Part shown: piece by piece, positions 21,201 to 24,000 of the stretch
Layout: each line of letters begins with the position of its first letter
How positions within the stretch are numbered: the stretch's first letter is position 1
Assembly: GCF_003202915.1 (NCBI RefSeq)
Contig: NZ_QGLP01000005.1
Coordinates: 326,721-350,720, forward strand
Source of the DNA: Gilliamella apicola
GTDB taxonomy: Bacteria > Pseudomonadota > Gammaproteobacteria > Enterobacterales > Orbaceae
Length of the DNA stretch: 24,000 nucleotides
Direction of reading: 5' to 3'
The notes under the pieces: model-generated
What the model saw: only the letters and a program-made list of their open reading frames with translations
What the model was told of the DNA's origin: nothing
The model's database searches: none
Translations under genes and position numbers: made by a program

Positions 21201-22563
21201 CCGATGAACAAGCTTCATTTAACTCAATATGATTTACCACGCCATTAGCGATAAAAATAGCCTTCATATCTTGACCGCCAATATCCATGATAAAACTCAC
21301 CTTAGGATCGATATGTTTAGCCGCAGCAAAGTGAGCCATCGTCTCAACTAAACCATCATCGATAGCAAAAGCAGCTTTCAACAACTCCTCACCATAACCG
21401 GTAACTCCACTGCGAGCAATCACAATGTCTTTACCAGATGCCGCAATCTCATCCTTAAGTACGGTTAAACCTTTAATAAGTGCGGTAATTGAGTGACCGT
21501 TATTTGGTGCATAATAAGTAAAAAGCAGTTCATCATCTTCACTAGTCAAGGTAATTTTAGTGGTAGTTGAACCACTGTCGATACCTAAATAAGCATTTTG
21601 CTTTTGATAAGCACTTAAAGCTAAGCGAGGAATTTCAATATATTTGCGTTTTTGTTGCCAATCAGCAAAAGATAACGACTGATTAAATAATGGTTTTAAG
21701 CGAAAAGATTGATTAACTTGAATTTTAGTTGACGCATTTAACCTATCGATAAAATCATTTAGCTTGAGCTCACTACGCTCAATAGCATGAATTGCCGCCC
21801 CCCAAGCTGACAATAAAGTAGGATGCTCGGTGGTAACTATCTGATCTTCATTTAACTTTAGTGTTTCTAAAGCCGCTCTGCCTAACGTTGGAATAAACGA
21901 AAACGGTCCGCCAATCAACATTACTTTGGGAACAATATCATAACCACGCGCTAGCGTATTAACCAATTGAATACAAACCGCATGTAATACAGAATAAGCA
22001 ATATTTTCTTTGGAGACATTACGGCTAATTAAATTTTGCACATCGGTTTTGGCAAACACGCCACAGCGTGAAGCGATTGGATAGAGTTTATCATGTTTAG
22101 TTGCCAGCAGATCAAACTCCTGCACAGGGGTATTAAGCAAGGTTGCCATCTGATCTATAAAGGCACCTGTGCCACCGGCACAACTACCATTCATACGAAT
22201 ATCTGGTGGACGATCAGGAAAAAAGAAGATCATCTTACTATCTTCACCGCCAATATCGATTAACGTTCTAACCTCTGGATATTTGCGCTGCACCACTTCC
22301 GATGCGGCGACCACCTCTTGAATAAAGGCGATATCGGCTTTTTCCGAAATACCCATCCCAGCAGAACCAGTTACTTTCACGGATAACGTAACATCATCAC
22401 CAGTTTGCTGTTTAATTTCATCTAAAAGGGATAAAACGGTAGGTACAATATGGGTGTTATGACGAACATAATTGGTATAAATAAAATTATCCTGTTCGTC
22501 AAGCACGACACACTTAGCTGTCGTAGAACCAACATCCAATCCAAGTCTATACATTTTTGGCAT
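18289..22563 (-). CDS. Giant fusion of two BcrAD/BadFG (HgdC-type) activase ATPase modules with 2-hydroxyacyl-CoA-dehydratase-like/DUF2229-like modules; PlsA-PlsR (anaerobic plasmalogen synthase)-like
   Basis: 1424-aa uninterrupted ORF. Module 1 reads LGLDVGSTTAKCVV...DIGGEDSK...GSCAGGTGAFIDQ...ASRCGVFAKTDV. Module 2 reads LGIDSGSTTTKITL...DIGGQDMK...EACSSGCGSFIE...GTRCTVFMNSKV. A Cys cluster RCKGCENKCD...NKCERF follows (about 20638-20724). Two HAD-like regions come next (IGIPRVLGQYENFPFW...; ...NEICYPATIIVGD...TGGQCRASSY...). ORF confidence is high. The plasmalogen-synthase assignment is only moderate. Confidence 0.9.
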   Translation of the reverse strand: MPKMYRLGLDVGSTTAKCVVLDEQDNFIYTNYVRHNTHIVPTVLSLLDEIKQQTGDDVTLSVKVTGSAGMGISEKADIAFIQEVVAASEVVQRKYPEVRTLIDIGGEDSKMIFFFPDRPPDIRMNGSCAGGTGAFIDQMATLLNTPVQEFDLLATKHDKLYPIASRCGVFAKTDVQNLISRNVSKENIAYSVLHAVCIQLVNTLARGYDIVPKVMLIGGPFSFIPTLGRAALETLKLNEDQIVTTEHPTLLSAWGAAIHAIERSELKLNDFIDRLNASTKIQVNQSFRLKPLFNQSLSFADWQQKRKYIEIPRLALSAYQKQNAYLGIDSGSTTTKITLTSEDDELLFTYYAPNNGHSITALIKGLTVLKDEIAASGKDIVIARSGVTGYGEELLKAAFAIDDGLVETMAHFAAAKHIDPKVSFIMDIGGQDMKAIFIANGVVNHIELNEACSSGCGSFIETFAKSLNSNTIDFADAACKSNNPCDLGTRCTVFMNSKVKQALRENATMGDISAGLAFSVIKNAIHKVLKLHDMRKLGDHIVVQGGTFKNPAVFRALEQLTGAQIASSNIPELMGAYGAALVAKNHYQQDQTPSQFIGLDNLQKAEDNKAKPSRCKGCENKCDIMIYRFANGQRYYSGNKCERFLSNNQYQDKNAFNMFDYKNALLFDRTNIHNAESKLNIGIPRVLGQYENFPFWHTLLTNSGINVTLSPYSTHDIYEKGAGTVMSDSICFPAKLVHGHIMELIEQKVDRIFMPMVVFEADHFDNAVNSYNCPIVSSYAEVVNSAINPQTKYNVPLDYPVINFSDQKLLKKGCINYLTSLGITEKIANQAFSDALAAQAEYKHSLYNKAVEVLNNAKETGRYVFILAGRPYHSDSLINHKTPEILNALGCDVITEDSVLGVINQLSPELQICSQWSYPNRLYAAASFVAEQPKNIQFVQLNSFGCGPDAIVTDECKAILESKDKTCTIIRVDEITATGSVRLRLRSIIESIRMNHQLPLNVVERKKTAIFAKQDKQRRTILAPYISDFYSPLLPPIFALSGYKLETLPKPDKSSVEWGLKYCNNEICYPATIIVGDIIKALNSGKYQRDEVAIGITQTGGQCRASSYLSLIKKAMISNGFEDIPIVSLSTGNINEIEQPGFKINWLKTLPTTFFAMLFADSISKMFYSIAPRAKFKQQANQLKELYIRKLQHLINQHKGKKAIFALLKEAVDHFNQIETLNKDCPQIGIVGEIYVKYNSFGNQHSVDWLVEQGIEPIIPPMIEFFAQCFVNYDSNVDNYIVNKSFVTYFVHFFEKVAQKYIEQTNQILSGFKNYQPFHNIRDMAKKAQEILNLANQYGEGWLIPAGIMTFAEHGINNVISLQPFGCIANHVVSKGVEKRMRDLNPKLNLLYLDFDDGAGEVNVLNRLHFMVSSLKYAQLQRIV

Positions 22564-22647
22564 AACAAACTCACATTTTGCAAATTAGACTTAACCTATA
22601 AAAGGATCACAAAAATATAGAAATAATTATTATTGTTTGATGAAATT

Positions 22648-22653
22648 ATTATA
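22648..22653 (-). promoter_or_regulatory. Candidate -10 box (TATAAT) for the lipid operon
   Basis: The minus strand reads cgcTATAATaa, about 85 nt upstream of ATG 22563. No good -35 hexamer at 16-18 bp spacing (attaaa/gattaa). Confidence 0.3.
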
Positions 22654-22750
22654 GCGAAATCTTTCAAATTTTTAATCAATTTGTTTGGGAAATGACATTT
22701 TTGGATGTTTTTTAACTAACAGAAACTAAAGAAAATAACTCTTATTGGCA

Positions 22751-23467
22751 CTAATCCTGCGCCAAACCATGCTTAGCAATAGCGATCACATTCTTCAAAT
22801 CGACACCTTGGGTTTTTGCCGCAAAAATACAACCGCAATAGCATTGACGATAAACATCGTACTCCTTACAAAGCTCGATAGAACGCTTATAACCGTTATT
22901 CTTCTTAAAATCAGAAGGTAAATAATTAACGGAAAAAATCTCCTGTATCTCAAAACCAAGTTGGTTAATTTTTTGACTATTCTTTTTAGGACTCAGTGTT
23001 AATGCACTGGCAAAATAGTCAAAACCCAACTCCTGCGCCTTAATTGCAGCCAAATCTAAGCGCATCTTATAACAAAGATGACAACGCTCTCCACCTTCTG
23101 GCGCATCACGCAAATGCTCCACCTGCTTAATAAACTCAGCCGGTTGGTAAGGAGCTTCTAAAAACTGTACATGGTTATTGGTCTTTTGATTAAAGTCGGC
23201 AATAAACTTCTGCTGAACCTTACTGCGATATTCATATTCTACACGGGGGTGAATATTGGAATTAGCAAAATAAATCGTAATATCGGCATACTGCGCCAAA
23301 TACTCCAACACATAAGTACTACACGGGGCACAGCAACTATGAATTAACAATTTTGGCCGAGCCGACGCCAACTGCCAATCAGCAATTACCTCTTGCAAAA
23401 TCGAATCATAATTCACTTTATTATGTGGATTTAATTTTTCGAGAATATCTTTGGCATTGATTAACAT
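22751..23467 (-). CDS. queH: Epoxyqueuosine reductase QueH (DUF208 family)
   Basis: 238 aa. Has LLIHSCCAPCSTY, ERCHLCYKMRL and CYCGCIF cysteine motifs characteristic of QueH. Confidence 0.88.
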   Translation of the reverse strand: MLINAKDILEKLNPHNKVNYDSILQEVIADWQLASARPKLLIHSCCAPCSTYVLEYLAQYADITIYFANSNIHPRVEYEYRSKVQQKFIADFNQKTNNHVQFLEAPYQPAEFIKQVEHLRDAPEGGERCHLCYKMRLDLAAIKAQELGFDYFASALTLSPKKNSQKINQLGFEIQEIFSVNYLPSDFKKNNGYKRSIELCKEYDVYRQCYCGCIFAAKTQGVDLKNVIAIAKHGLAQD

Positions 23468-23513
23468 TGGGACTCTTTCAAGTATCAGGCTGATTGATGA
23501 ATTTTAAGGCGCG

Positions 23514-23542
23514 TATAATATAGCTATCTGCTTAAGCGTTCA
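23514..23542 (-). promoter_or_regulatory. Candidate sigma-70 promoter for queH
   Basis: The minus strand has TTGAAC (23537-23542), a 17-nt spacer, then TATTAT (23514-23519), about 45 nt upstream of the queH ATG. Confidence 0.4.
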
Positions 23543-23648
23543 AGTTTAAGTTACAATTTTGTTTTTCCGGATTAACATTTAATTTTTTGCTAAATTTACG
23601 GTGATAAAAAACCCCGTTCCTCAAAATTTTTTGGTTCTTTGAGTTTGG

Positions 23649-23887
23649 GACATTTGCTGTTTTGCGGTTATTTCTATACGGCGATTACGTCCGAGTAAAG
23701 AGGGTTGGCGAGAACCCTCTTTACCATCTCCCGCGACGACCACGCAAGTGGTCTCGATGTGACTGCCTGCCGCCTTCGTTCACTTTTAACGCACCGGCGG
23801 TGATTTGTTCCTGACAAAACACAGCCTTACCAAACATCCCTGTTTGCCATGCTAACCTCACTCAGTTGTCAGCACATTGCGAATGTC
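23649..23887 (+). ncRNA. Unclassified GC-rich structured non-coding element (candidate ncRNA, riboswitch or mobile-element RNA); strand tentative
   Basis: No ORF of 60 aa or more in any frame, with stops in all six frames. Hand-counted 70 G+C in 120 nt for 23681-23800, against about 35% background. A long-range helix pairs 23649-23657 (gacatttgc) with 23879-23887 (gcgaatgtc). It encloses at least five local helices, including a GCAA (GNRA) tetraloop hairpin. G-U pairs are tolerated only on the + strand. Confidence 0.3.
23695..23724. repeat. Perfect 12-bp inverted repeat (hairpin) inside the GC-rich element
   Basis: gtaaagagggtt (23695-23706), loop ggcgag, aaccctctttac (23713-23724). Confidence 0.9.
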
Positions 23888-23939
23888 GCACCACAAAATC
23901 GCTTTTTAACGTCCTAACATTATTTTTCTTATACCTAGC

Positions 23940-23968
23940 TTTTTAGTTCAAGGACGAAGAACTAAGAA
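23940..23968. repeat. 10-bp hairpin near the right window edge
   Basis: tttttagttc (23940-23949) pairs with gaactaagaa (23959-23968), 9-nt loop aaggacgaa, one G-U pair if read on the + strand. No following T-run, so it is not called a terminator. Confidence 0.7.
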
Positions 23969-24000
23969 ATAATAGTTAAGGATAGGTACAGACTCCGGAG

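Noticed and set aside
23789-23803. The string aacgcaccggcggtgat resembles the FMN riboswitch (RFN) core ...CCCnACCGGCGGTnA....
   Set aside because: The other conserved RFN blocks (AGCCCGCGAGC, CCGACGGT.A.AGTCCGGATG) are not present downstream in the required order.
23649-23887. Retron msr/msd interpretation: flanking inverted repeats plus a long internal hairpin.
   Set aside because: The flanking repeat is only 9 bp with a wobble, and no RT gene is visible within the window. It is kept only as one hypothesis under the GC-rich-element finding, not called as a feature.
23600-23893. The minus strand begins GTGCGAC at 23893, like a group II intron 5' end (GUGYG).
   Set aside because: I could find no domain V-like 34-nt hairpin with AGC triad. 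There is no RT/maturase ORF, and only about 300 nt lie before queH. At most it would be a fragment, and I cannot support that.

Overview
AT-rich (about 35% G+C by eye) gammaproteobacterial chromosome segment whose proteins look Enterobacterales/Orbales-like; that taxon call is a guess. Left to right: (1) the distal his operon, with the hisB 3' end, hisH, hisA, hisF and hisIE on the + strand. (2) A minus-strand housekeeping block matP-topA-cysB, with a near-consensus matS-like 13-mer just upstream of matP. (3) A small accessory stretch holding an amidohydrolase, an intact PTS EIIA next to an EIIBC(Fru-type) pseudogene (one frameshift plus three in-frame stops), a PuuP/PlaP-like APC permease and an orphan HPr-like gene. 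These are separated by strong hairpin terminators. (4) The most interesting part is a tightly packed minus-strand six-gene cluster (22563 to 13110). A 1424-aa fusion of two HgdC/BcrAD-type radical-enzyme activase ATPase modules with 2-hydroxyacyl-CoA-dehydratase-like modules resembles the clostridial PlsA/PlsR anaerobic plasmalogen synthase. It is followed directly by homologues of the uncharacterised E. coli ynbABCD phospholipid genes in the order A-C-D-(unknown membrane ORF)-B. I read this as a candidate self-contained pathway for a specialised, possibly vinyl-ether, phospholipid. (5) queH. (6) At the right edge, a roughly 250-nt non-coding island of about 58% G+C (hand count) with no ORFs and many nested hairpins, which I could not assign to any RNA family. 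No CRISPR array, rRNA, tRNA or recognisable transposase was seen.
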